A program made the position numbers and the translations under genes. DNA of 35,724 nucleotides from Desulfurellales bacterium (lineage in GTDB: Bacteria > Campylobacterota_A > Desulfurellia > Desulfurellales > Hippeaceae), in NCBI GenBank assembly GCA_027064405.1, contig JAMOPP010000161.1, positions 1 through 35,724 of the forward strand, given 5' to 3'. Positions within the stretch are counted from its first letter, which is position 1; the number at the start of each line of letters is the position of its first letter. The notes beneath the pieces were generated by a model that was given only the letters and a program-made list of their open reading frames with translations, was not told where the DNA came from and ran no database searches. Positions 25,911 to 34,596 of the stretch are shown here, one piece after another.

Positions 25911-27743
25911 TCAGTCCTGTTTTTCACTCATCACAGTCTTATTTCTACCTGAATTTTTTGCTTTGTAAAGAGCTAAATCCGCAAGTTTTATGGCTTTGTC
26001 AAAATTGTTATCATTACCCGAAAATTCGCTTACACCTATACTTATGGTGACATTGATAGATGTGCCGTTTATTTTTATGCTACTTGATTCAACTCTTTTC
26101 CTTATATTCTCGGCAATCTCAAAAGAATTCTTTTTATCCGCATTTATAAGGAAAATTAAAAACTCCTCTCCGCCGAAACGAACAACAACATCAGACTCTC
26201 TAACGCTTTTTGTCATAATTTTTGCTACATTTTTCAATACTTCATCCCCCACATCATGCCCGTATGTGTCGTTAACTTTCTTGAAAAAGTCAATATCGCA
26301 CATAAGTATTCCCAATTTATTACCACTTCTTCTTGCGTTTTTTATTATCAAATCCTCGGTTCTCGATACAAATCTTCTATTGTATAGACCCGTTAATTCG
26401 TCATACAACGCAATCTTCTTTAAATCGTTTTCATACCTTCTAACCCGCTTTATTAAACTGTTAAATTTGTCTATTATGTAGCTTAACTCTTTTATTGCAC
26501 ATTTTTGGCTATCTATCGATCTCGAATGTCTTAAAGATTGATCAAACTCATTGAACAATTTATCGGTATAGCTTCTCGTAACTTTTTTAAGAATAAACAA
26601 AAACAACAAAGCAACAACCATCATAAGCAAAATCAAAAATACGATTGTATGTTTTATTGCATTCAAATGCGCTATAGCTACAGAAACCCGAGTATTAATA
26701 ATGGGCTTTAAATCGTTGATATATATCCCTGTTGCAAAAATCCAGTGCCAGGGTTTATACAACCTAAAACAACTTATCTTTTTCTCCACTTTATCTGAAT
26801 TCGGCACTTTATAGTAGTATTCAACAAATGAATAACCTTTATTTCTTATATCCTTTAAAAAAATTTTTCTAAACTTAAAACCCCTTACATCTGTATATTC
26901 ATCCGACATACATTTATTCAACAAGTCAGGCCTGTTTACATTAACCAACATTTTTCCAAAGCAGTTGCCACCATTTATGTTTAGAAGTTTGATAACAAAT
27001 ATATAACCGTGATTATCCTTACCGTATCTATACAAAGAAAGTTGATTTAACCATTTTCGCTTCAACCTTCCCTCTAAATACTCAGTATCAATTCTTGTAA
27101 CAAGAACCCAGTCAAACGGTTTGTAATATTTTACAAAGGTTATACCCTTTTGCTTAATTGATGCGGGATTTAAATCGTACCAATTGGACACGAAATACTG
27201 ATTAATAAAATCCTCTTTTTTTGTTTTTGCTGTTTTTATAATGTCTCTTATTATAGAATTTCCCTTAAAATCTTTCAAATTAATAAAGTTTTTACCTTCA
27301 GCATTTATATCGTAAGGATTTACTACACAATTACCTTTTGCATCAAAAATATAATAAGAGATTGACGGATCTGAAAATGTTTTATCTTCAAGGTATCTTC
27401 TTAAAAGTAGCTTCATTTTCTTTTTTGTCGCATATTCACCATACATCATACGCATATGCTCTAAATGTTTATATATTACCCGATTCATTATAACCTCTTT
27501 TTTCATATCAGCTACATCTTGTTTTCTTTCACTGTCAATGGTTTTTATTATATTTTCTATCATTGATTTGGCATACTGTTTCGAGTTGTCCATATATACT
27601 TTCTTGATTGTCTCAATGTCATCTTTGGCAACCTTTTCACTTGTATAATACCAATAGCCTGCAAAAACAGCAGAAACTATTATGGATATAATCAAAAAGA
27701 CAGATATTATAAAGCTTATAGCAGATATATTTTTAATCTTCAC
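25911..27743 (-). CDS. membrane sensor diguanylate cyclase: two tandem Cache modules, TM, GGDEF
   Basis: Cache hallmarks (KPFDWVLVTRIDTEYL; KPWHWIFATGIYINDL). GGDEF domain with DELTGLYNRRF, DIDFFKKVNDTYGHDVGDEVL and RFGGEEF, plus an RESD I-site. GTG 27743 (GAGGGTG SD 5 nt upstream) is preferred over the track's ATG 27779. Confidence 0.85.
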   Translation of the reverse strand: MKIKNISAISFIISVFLIISIIVSAVFAGYWYYTSEKVAKDDIETIKKVYMDNSKQYAKSMIENIIKTIDSERKQDVADMKKEVIMNRVIYKHLEHMRMMYGEYATKKKMKLLLRRYLEDKTFSDPSISYYIFDAKGNCVVNPYDINAEGKNFINLKDFKGNSIIRDIIKTAKTKKEDFINQYFVSNWYDLNPASIKQKGITFVKYYKPFDWVLVTRIDTEYLEGRLKRKWLNQLSLYRYGKDNHGYIFVIKLLNINGGNCFGKMLVNVNRPDLLNKCMSDEYTDVRGFKFRKIFLKDIRNKGYSFVEYYYKVPNSDKVEKKISCFRLYKPWHWIFATGIYINDLKPIINTRVSVAIAHLNAIKHTIVFLILLMMVVALLFLFILKKVTRSYTDKLFNEFDQSLRHSRSIDSQKCAIKELSYIIDKFNSLIKRVRRYENDLKKIALYDELTGLYNRRFVSRTEDLIIKNARRSGNKLGILMCDIDFFKKVNDTYGHDVGDEVLKNVAKIMTKSVRESDVVVRFGGEEFLIFLINADKKNSFEIAENIRKRVESSSIKINGTSINVTISIGVSEFSGNDNNFDKAIKLADLALYKAKNSGRNKTVMSEKQD

Positions 27744-30153
27744 TATTGCACCCTCTTTTTGTATTAACCTTATAAACAAGCTCTTCTACTGTTTCCGCAT
27801 CATCAGGATAAATAGCATAATTTATATCAAAATCAACATAATCCACAACACTCTTACCATCCTTATCTTTCATTGTATAGAATTCACTATTAGAAAAAGC
27901 ATTCTTAAATTCATCTTTTAGCTTTTTCTTAGACCTTTTCATCATTTCAGTTTCTTTATTGATATTTCGCTCTTTTTTGAGTTCGTGTGCAATAAAAAAT
28001 ATATCAGCATAAGCCCTTGACACAAGTTGTTTTTTACATATATCCGGCTCCTCTTTGGATAAATTAAGAAGTACTTGAGCCATACTTATAATTACAGCAT
28101 CCCCTGCCTGCTCAGAAAACATATAGTTAATTCTTGAAATCTGTTTTATATTGATTCTAATAAAAACAAATCTTCTTTTTTCATCTATTAATTTCTGAAT
28201 TTCTTTTAAAAATACAGACCTTAATTCCAATCCTGTCATATAATCAACCTTAAAAATCTCATTTCTCATAATATCTACATCATAAGACATAAACCTCACT
28301 TCCGTGAAATCTTCTTGCGTATAAGACTCAATAAGCACAGATTCTACCTTCTGCAAAATTTCTTTATCAACACTCTCCTGTTTCAATATTTCCATAGCCT
28401 TACTTGGTGAAAATGCATGCCTGTATGGTCTTGTTGTTGTCAAGGCATCAAAGATATCCGCAATGGCAAGTATTTTTGCACCAATTGTAATCTCGCCACA
28501 TTTTAAACCGTCAGGATATCCGCTACCGTCACACTTTTCGTGATGTCCCCTTACGCAGTTTGCAAAAGATTTAAAATGTTCTAACTCTTTTAAAATTTCA
28601 TAAGAGAAAACAGGATGATATTTCATTATTCTATACTCATTCTCTGATAATTTTCCGGGCTTTAAGAGTATATTGTCAGGTATTCCTATTTTTCCTATGT
28701 CATGCAAAAGTCCGGCTTTGTAGATATACTCCTGCTTTTTTGTATCTAAACCCAATGTTTTAGCTATTTTTTTGGCATAGTAGGCTACCCTTTGAGAATG
28801 ACCTTTTGTGTATACATCTCTTGCTTCCATAATGTTGACAAAAGATTGTATAAATTCATCTTCGTAAATATTGTCTATTTCCGCCTTTTTATCCAACATT
28901 TTATTTGCGTTTAATGCCATTATTCTCAGCTCTTTTAATTCAATTTCTCTCAAATTAATCTTTTTATCCTTTAAGGCAGCATCTTGAAAAAACGAAGTAA
29001 AAACATTAAAGTCATTCTTTAATTTTTTATACAAACCATAATATAAAAATATAGAAAACAATATTAGTAAAAATGATATAGAAATCACCATTATAACACG
29101 ATAAAACATTTTTCTATACAGATTTTGTTTTATCAATGTTGTCATATTTTCTATCTCATCGGTATATACGCCTGCACCCACTATCCAATTCCACTCTTTT
29201 ATTCCATACACAAACGAAATTTTAGGATATTCTTTCTTTGAATTATCTATCTTAGGCCAAGAATAGTATATAAATCCTCCATCCTTCTTTAACGCTGCAA
29301 TCTTTTCTTTTTCGAATACGGTTTTTGCCTTTTCTCCAAAAGCAGACCATAGCTTTTTCCCATTTTCAATAACCCTACCGTTAGAAGATAAAATATATCC
29401 GTCAAAAGTATTAACAAATACATACCCGCCGTTTTCAAACCTTATTTTGCTTATTTCACCAATAATATATTTTTGTGTTTCATATCTTAAATCATCAACA
29501 TATACACCTGTACCTATCAACCAATTAAACGGCTTAAACTCCTTTACATAGGCTATTTTTAAAAACTTTTTACCCTCCTGATGCGGTTTAGACCAATGGT
29601 ATGAATAAACACCCTCCTGCTGTTTTTTTACTATTTCAATCATATCCTTTACGACATACTTCCCATCTACATCCCGCACAGCAAGCATATTTTTGCCCTC
29701 AAATTCAGGCTTGTCAGGAAAAAGCTCTTCGATTCCATCAAGATTTGTTGCAAAATAGTATCCATTTCCCCTTAAAAAACGCATAGGACGCAAAGCATCT
29801 TTGACCATCTTTTTAATTTCAGGCAGGCTTTTTTTGTCTTTATTTTTCCGATAGATATTTTCCGCTATAGCGCATGCTTCATATACCCTCTGCCTAACCC
29901 TTTCCGCAGCCTGTTTTCTGCTTGTCTTAATTTGGTATCCAATCATATCAACGACAGACATAACCTCTTGCTTTACAAGCTGTTTTTGGCTATCTGTATA
30001 TTCAGCTCTCATCATTGACGCTAAATAATTAAGATTTTTGTGCACAACAAATATCTGTAACGCAAGCATTAATACAGATGCAAAAATCAATGCAACCGTA
30101 GCCATTTTCATTACGCTATTTACGGATTTTACTTTTTTGCTATTTTGCCTCAA
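27733..30153 (-). CDS. membrane sensor HD-GYP phosphodiesterase: two tandem Cache modules, TM, HD-GYP, degenerate C-terminal GGDEF-like domain
   Basis: Cache hallmarks (KPFNWLIGTGVYVDDL; WNWIVGAGVYTDEI). HD-GYP motifs are complete: GHSQRVA, LLHDIGKIGIPD, HHEKCDGSGYPDGL, IADIFDAL. The C-terminus is GGDEF-fold-like, but DxD reads INIK and GGDEF reads YADIF. Confidence 0.85.
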   Translation of the reverse strand: MRQNSKKVKSVNSVMKMATVALIFASVLMLALQIFVVHKNLNYLASMMRAEYTDSQKQLVKQEVMSVVDMIGYQIKTSRKQAAERVRQRVYEACAIAENIYRKNKDKKSLPEIKKMVKDALRPMRFLRGNGYYFATNLDGIEELFPDKPEFEGKNMLAVRDVDGKYVVKDMIEIVKKQQEGVYSYHWSKPHQEGKKFLKIAYVKEFKPFNWLIGTGVYVDDLRYETQKYIIGEISKIRFENGGYVFVNTFDGYILSSNGRVIENGKKLWSAFGEKAKTVFEKEKIAALKKDGGFIYYSWPKIDNSKKEYPKISFVYGIKEWNWIVGAGVYTDEIENMTTLIKQNLYRKMFYRVIMVISISFLLILFSIFLYYGLYKKLKNDFNVFTSFFQDAALKDKKINLREIELKELRIMALNANKMLDKKAEIDNIYEDEFIQSFVNIMEARDVYTKGHSQRVAYYAKKIAKTLGLDTKKQEYIYKAGLLHDIGKIGIPDNILLKPGKLSENEYRIMKYHPVFSYEILKELEHFKSFANCVRGHHEKCDGSGYPDGLKCGEITIGAKILAIADIFDALTTTRPYRHAFSPSKAMEILKQESVDKEILQKVESVLIESYTQEDFTEVRFMSYDVDIMRNEIFKVDYMTGLELRSVFLKEIQKLIDEKRRFVFIRINIKQISRINYMFSEQAGDAVIISMAQVLLNLSKEEPDICKKQLVSRAYADIFFIAHELKKERNINKETEMMKRSKKKLKDEFKNAFSNSEFYTMKDKDGKSVVDYVDFDINYAIYPDDAETVEELVYKVNTKRGCNSED

Positions 30154-30230
30154 TTATAAAATCCCCAATCTTAATTTAAACTGCACAAATACAAAAATCT
30201 TCCATTATAAAAATACACTCTCTAATAACG

Positions 30231-30258
30231 ATTATACACTTATTTATATAATCTTCAA
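30231..30258 (-). promoter_or_regulatory. candidate promoter for the Cache/HD-GYP gene
   Basis: Minus strand: TTGAAG (30258..30253), 16 nt, TATAAT (30236..30231). It lies immediately after the ugd stop. Confidence 0.4.
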
Positions 30259-30261
30259 TAA

Positions 30262-31599
30262 TTATTTATTTCCAACACCTATCTGATAATATTCTATATC
30301 GAAAGATTCCAAAATATCTTTATTGTACTGGTTTCTGCCGTCAAATATTACAGGGCTCTTCAACCTCTGTTTGATTTCATAAAAATCCGGACTTCTAAAC
30401 TCTTTCCATTCGGTTACAAGAAGCATAGCATCCGCACTGTTTAAAGCATCATATTTATTTTCAAAATAACTTACTCCGATTTTATCCTTAAGCCAGAATT
30501 CTTTGGCATTTTTCATAGCTTTAGGGTCATATACATTTACCGTCGCACCTAAGTCTATTAAATCATTAACTATGGCAATTGAGGGCGCTTCTCTCATATC
30601 ATCTGTCTGCGGTTTAAAGGCAAGTCCCCATAAAGCAAATTTTTTACCTGTTAAATTTTTTCCGAATTTTGCGACAACCTTTTCTACAAGTTTATGCTTT
30701 TGTTTTTCATTCACACTACTGACAGCTTTTATAATTTCAGGCGTGTATCCTTTATCTTTCGCCGTTTTTTCCAACGCTTTTACATCTTTAGGAAAGCAAC
30801 TTCCGCCCCATCCTATACCGGGATAAATAAAACTGTAGCCTATCCTTTTATCGCTACCTATTCCGACTCTTACCATATTTACATCAGCGCCAACAAGCTC
30901 ACATATATTTGAAATCTCGTTTATGAATGAGATTTTTGTAGCAAGCATAGCGTTTGCGGCATACTTGGTCATTTCCGCACTTTTTATATCCATACCTATA
31001 AACCTTTCATGATTTAGCGTAAAAGGTCTGTATAGCTCCTTCATAACCTTCATTGACTCTTCGCTGTCAGCACCAACAACAACCCTATCCGGCTTCATAA
31101 AATCATTTACCGCATCACCCTCTTTTAAAAACTCAGGGTTGCTGACAACATCAAAGTGTATATTACTATCTTCAAATCTTTTTTTTATCTTACGCAAAAT
31201 CCTTTCTCTTACCATATCAGCCGTACCTACAGGCACCGTTGACTTGTCAACAACTATTAAATCGTGGTCTATATATTTCCCTATATCATCGGCAACCTTT
31301 AATATGTAGTGCAAATCGGCGCTGCCGTCTTCGTCTTGCGGTGTTCCAACAGCTATAAAAACTATATTGCTCGAGTGGATTGCTTCTTTTATATCCGTAG
31401 TAAAGTGCAGACTACCCGCCTGATAATTTTTACTTACAAGTTTGTCCAAGCCCGGTTCATAAATAGGCACTACTCCCTTTTTTAAATTATCTATTTTATT
31501 TTTATCTATATCGACACATATAACACTGTTTCCCATTTCAGCAAAACAAACCCCCGTCACAAGACCTACATATCCTGTTCCTATCACACCCAGTTTCAT
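30262..31599 (-). CDS. ugd: UDP-glucose 6-dehydrogenase
   Basis: MKLGVIGTGYVGLVTG Rossmann N-terminus and the catalytic Cys context GWGGSCFPKD. AAGGAG lies 6 nt before ATG 31599. The track's extension to 31626 reads through that SD. Confidence 0.9.
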   Translation of the reverse strand: MKLGVIGTGYVGLVTGVCFAEMGNSVICVDIDKNKIDNLKKGVVPIYEPGLDKLVSKNYQAGSLHFTTDIKEAIHSSNIVFIAVGTPQDEDGSADLHYILKVADDIGKYIDHDLIVVDKSTVPVGTADMVRERILRKIKKRFEDSNIHFDVVSNPEFLKEGDAVNDFMKPDRVVVGADSEESMKVMKELYRPFTLNHERFIGMDIKSAEMTKYAANAMLATKISFINEISNICELVGADVNMVRVGIGSDKRIGYSFIYPGIGWGGSCFPKDVKALEKTAKDKGYTPEIIKAVSSVNEKQKHKLVEKVVAKFGKNLTGKKFALWGLAFKPQTDDMREAPSIAIVNDLIDLGATVNVYDPKAMKNAKEFWLKDKIGVSYFENKYDALNSADAMLLVTEWKEFRSPDFYEIKQRLKSPVIFDGRNQYNKDILESFDIEYYQIGVGNK

Positions 31600-31637
31600 A
31601 AACAACTCCTTTGCACACAAACGCACAATACTTAATT

Positions 31638-32834
31638 TTATAGTAATATCTTTCTAACGGCTTCATAATACTCGTCTTTAGACTTTATAATTTTATCGTA
31701 ATCAAGTATTAAAGCCTCTTTTACAACTTTAGAATCAAGCAATCCGTCTTTTGCCATTTTATTCAAAACGGTATTAATCTCGTCTTTTGACAAAGCAACC
31801 CTGTAAGGTCTATCCTGAAGACAAGCCGCAAGTACGGATGATACCTGCAAGATTTTTGCTTCTTTACTAAAATTATTAACTTTGAACGGATACCCCTCTT
31901 TCAATAAATTTTCATGATGCAACGCTGCACAATCTACGATATTTTTATCAAAACCCAATCTTTCACATAAAAATTTGGTATAATAGGGATGAGATTTTAC
32001 AATATTATAATCTATATCATCAAACTCATTAAATTTATCAAAAATCTCTTTCGGTATAAAAATATTGCCTATATGAGATATTAAGGATGCCGAAATAACC
32101 AAGTTTGTATCGGCTTTAAGTTTATATGCAAGAGCCAGAGATATATTTTTCATAAGCAACGAGTAACCACCGTTAAAAATGGTAACACTATCTGACAAAT
32201 AAGCCAAAAAATAGGATATTGCCTTTTCCAATCTAACATCGGCATCCTTGTCTTCAAAAATATTCAAAATTTTCAGAAGGCTTTTGTCAAGATTTTTATC
32301 GTCAATTGAATACCAAAAACTCTCACATTTCGATAAAGACCTAAACGATTCTAAGGCATTTTTATCAAAAAATTCGCTTTTTTGAGCCACAAAATCGTAA
32401 AGCTCGTTAAATGCAAAATGGTTACTTAAACTTCTGTATGACACCTCAATATTATCCGCCAAAAAAATTATGCTACCTAAAATACTCGGATTAATTTCAG
32501 CTTTTGTATGGTGAAGCTCAATTGCACTTGATATGTCGGGGTGCAGATTAAAAAACCTTGCTATCTTCGCACTTTTTAATGCATGATTGGTTAACTGTTT
32601 AAAATTATCATCTATTATCTGCCTAAATGTCTCGATTTTTGCAGTTTCATCCAATAAACCTATATCGTGTATAAGGGCAGCCTGAAAAACCATTTCAACT
32701 ACCCGTTTATCAAATCCCATTTTTTCCGCTATATTGCAAGCTATTACGGCAACTCGCCTTTGATGCATAGTGTCATTGCCGTTTACGGTGTCTGAAATTA
32801 TCGACAAAATATATAGAGAATTATTTATTTTCAT
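31638..32834 (-). CDS. tandem HD-superfamily (HD-GYP-related) protein, both domains degenerate
   Basis: Domain 1 has HQRRVA, LIHDIGLL and LHHTK but no GYP. Domain 2 has LISHIGN (HD lost), KSHPYY, LHHENLLKEGYP and DRPYR. ATG 32834 has GGGAGG 4 nt upstream; ATG 32846 is the alternative. Confidence 0.7.
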   Translation of the reverse strand: MKINNSLYILSIISDTVNGNDTMHQRRVAVIACNIAEKMGFDKRVVEMVFQAALIHDIGLLDETAKIETFRQIIDDNFKQLTNHALKSAKIARFFNLHPDISSAIELHHTKAEINPSILGSIIFLADNIEVSYRSLSNHFAFNELYDFVAQKSEFFDKNALESFRSLSKCESFWYSIDDKNLDKSLLKILNIFEDKDADVRLEKAISYFLAYLSDSVTIFNGGYSLLMKNISLALAYKLKADTNLVISASLISHIGNIFIPKEIFDKFNEFDDIDYNIVKSHPYYTKFLCERLGFDKNIVDCAALHHENLLKEGYPFKVNNFSKEAKILQVSSVLAACLQDRPYRVALSKDEINTVLNKMAKDGLLDSKVVKEALILDYDKIIKSKDEYYEAVRKILL

Positions 32835-32860
32835 ATTGCCTCCCATCTATAAATGAAATT

Positions 32861-33862
32861 TTATCTGTTATAATTAACAATTTTTAAACGGGGATTGGCT
32901 TCTACCGAGAAATAATCGTATGTGGCTCTACTCTTTTTAAATTGAGCAATATTTGCTATCATTAAAGCGTTATCCGTTGTCATCTCTCTACGAGGCAAGA
33001 AAAGCTCAAACCCCTCTTTTTTGCACTCTGTGGCAAACATTTCCCTTAAATATGAGTTTGCGGAAACGCCACCTGATACGGCAATTTTATTTACGCCGTT
33101 TTCTCTACAAGCATCTTTTGTTTTTTCCCACAAAACATCTATGGATGACTTTTGAAAAGAGGCTGCAATATCAATTTTATCAGTTGTTGACAGGTTACTG
33201 TGGTTATTAACAAGGTTTTTGACAGCTGTTTTAGTGCCACTAAAACTGAAATTTAGGTTTTTTTTACCGCCCAAACCCTTAGGAATATTAAATCTATCGG
33301 ATTCTCCTGTTTTTGACAACTTGTCAATAATAGGACCGCCCGGATAGCCTAAATCAAGTATTCTCGCAACCTTGTCAAAAGCCTCACCAACCGCATCATC
33401 AAGCGTTTTTGCAATAATTTTATACCTTCCTATACCCTCTATCAAAAAAAGATGTGTATGACCTCCGGATACTACAAGTGCCATAAATGGAAATTCCAAC
33501 TTTTTACCAAAAAAAGGCGCAAAAATGTGCCCTTCTATATGATTAATGGGTATAATCGGCAATGAATAGGAATAAGCAAGCGCCTTTGCAAAGGAAACCC
33601 CAACAAGCAAGGAGGGCAAAAGACCAGGCCCCACAGTCGTAGCTATGTATTCTATATCGGACATTGAAGCATTTAATTTTTCTAAGGCTTCTTTTGTCAG
33701 ATATGCTATTGTCTCCGTATGACTTCTTGCCGCATATTCAGGCATAATGCCTCCGAACTTGCCGTGTATATCATTTTGAGAAGAAATCAGATTGACATAG
33801 TTTTTATTTTTCAATAATGCTACGGATGTATCGTCACACGATGTATCAAAAGCAAGAATCAT
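32861..33862 (-). CDS. tsaD: tRNA N6-adenosine threonylcarbamoyltransferase
   Basis: 333 aa. ILAFDTSCDDTSVAL, HIEGH and VVSGGHT motifs of Kae1/TsaD. ATGA overlap with the upstream gene. Confidence 0.92.
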   Translation of the reverse strand: MILAFDTSCDDTSVALLKNKNYVNLISSQNDIHGKFGGIMPEYAARSHTETIAYLTKEALEKLNASMSDIEYIATTVGPGLLPSLLVGVSFAKALAYSYSLPIIPINHIEGHIFAPFFGKKLEFPFMALVVSGGHTHLFLIEGIGRYKIIAKTLDDAVGEAFDKVARILDLGYPGGPIIDKLSKTGESDRFNIPKGLGGKKNLNFSFSGTKTAVKNLVNNHSNLSTTDKIDIAASFQKSSIDVLWEKTKDACRENGVNKIAVSGGVSANSYLREMFATECKKEGFELFLPRREMTTDNALMIANIAQFKKSRATYDYFSVEANPRLKIVNYNR

Positions 33863-34596
33863 TGCACTATATACTCAACATCTATTATGTAAGGTTTCAA
33901 GAGCTTTTTTTCTTCCCTTAAAGCCTCGTATGTAGCCTCGCTGCAGTGTCCTATAGCTACAACACTGTTGCGTTTTTTAAGCATCTTAACGGCAAGTTCA
34001 ATCTGTCCCTTTATATAGTTTACATTTTTAATATTATCCAAGAATACCCTTCGTCTTGCACACAGAATATCAAACTTTTTTGCCTCTTTACACCCCAAGC
34101 TATCTGCAATGGTTGCACTGTCTATAAAAAACAGATGTTTTGTTTTTAAAAACTCCATTATATAATCAAGATGTCTTTTATCCTGCAGTATCTTAGACCC
34201 CATATGATTGTTTAATCCCATAGCATAGTGCACATTTTCATAAGCCCTGTTCAAAAGATAGAATGTTTTCTCTCTGCTTGTTGTTGTATAGATTGCATTT
34301 TTACCGGGATTATCTTTGGGGTAGTCGATAGGCTCGGAGGGCATATGAATCATAACGGTATAACCTCTCTCTCCAAACCGGTTTGATAATTGAGTTGAAT
34401 ATGTAGCATCAGGCAAGAATGAGTAAGCAAGAGGCATATTTAAAGATAGAAACTTATATGCCAGATTTTTATCATACCCCATATCATCAATAACAATAGA
34501 GAGCTTTTTTTTCATAAGCCATGTTGATGTTGAACAGTGTCCTGCAGATATAACAAAAACTACAAATATTACAATCAGCGCTGTTTTTTTGAACAT
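33859..34596 (-). CDS. divergent polysaccharide deacetylase family protein (YibQ-like)
   Basis: 245 aa. Signal-peptide-like N-terminus, then LSIVIDDMGYD...MIHMPSEP...LNNHMGS. It sits downstream of ctp, as is typical for yibQ. Confidence 0.7.
   Translation of the reverse strand: MFKKTALIVIFVVFVISAGHCSTSTWLMKKKLSIVIDDMGYDKNLAYKFLSLNMPLAYSFLPDATYSTQLSNRFGERGYTVMIHMPSEPIDYPKDNPGKNAIYTTTSREKTFYLLNRAYENVHYAMGLNNHMGSKILQDKRHLDYIMEFLKTKHLFFIDSATIADSLGCKEAKKFDILCARRRVFLDNIKNVNYIKGQIELAVKMLKKRNSVVAIGHCSEATYEALREEKKLLKPYIIDVEYIVQ

Noticed and set aside
25990-26481. 163-aa + strand ORF
   Set aside because: It is antisense to the GGDEF domain coding region, whose motifs are unambiguous. Its composition is typical of a shadow ORF.
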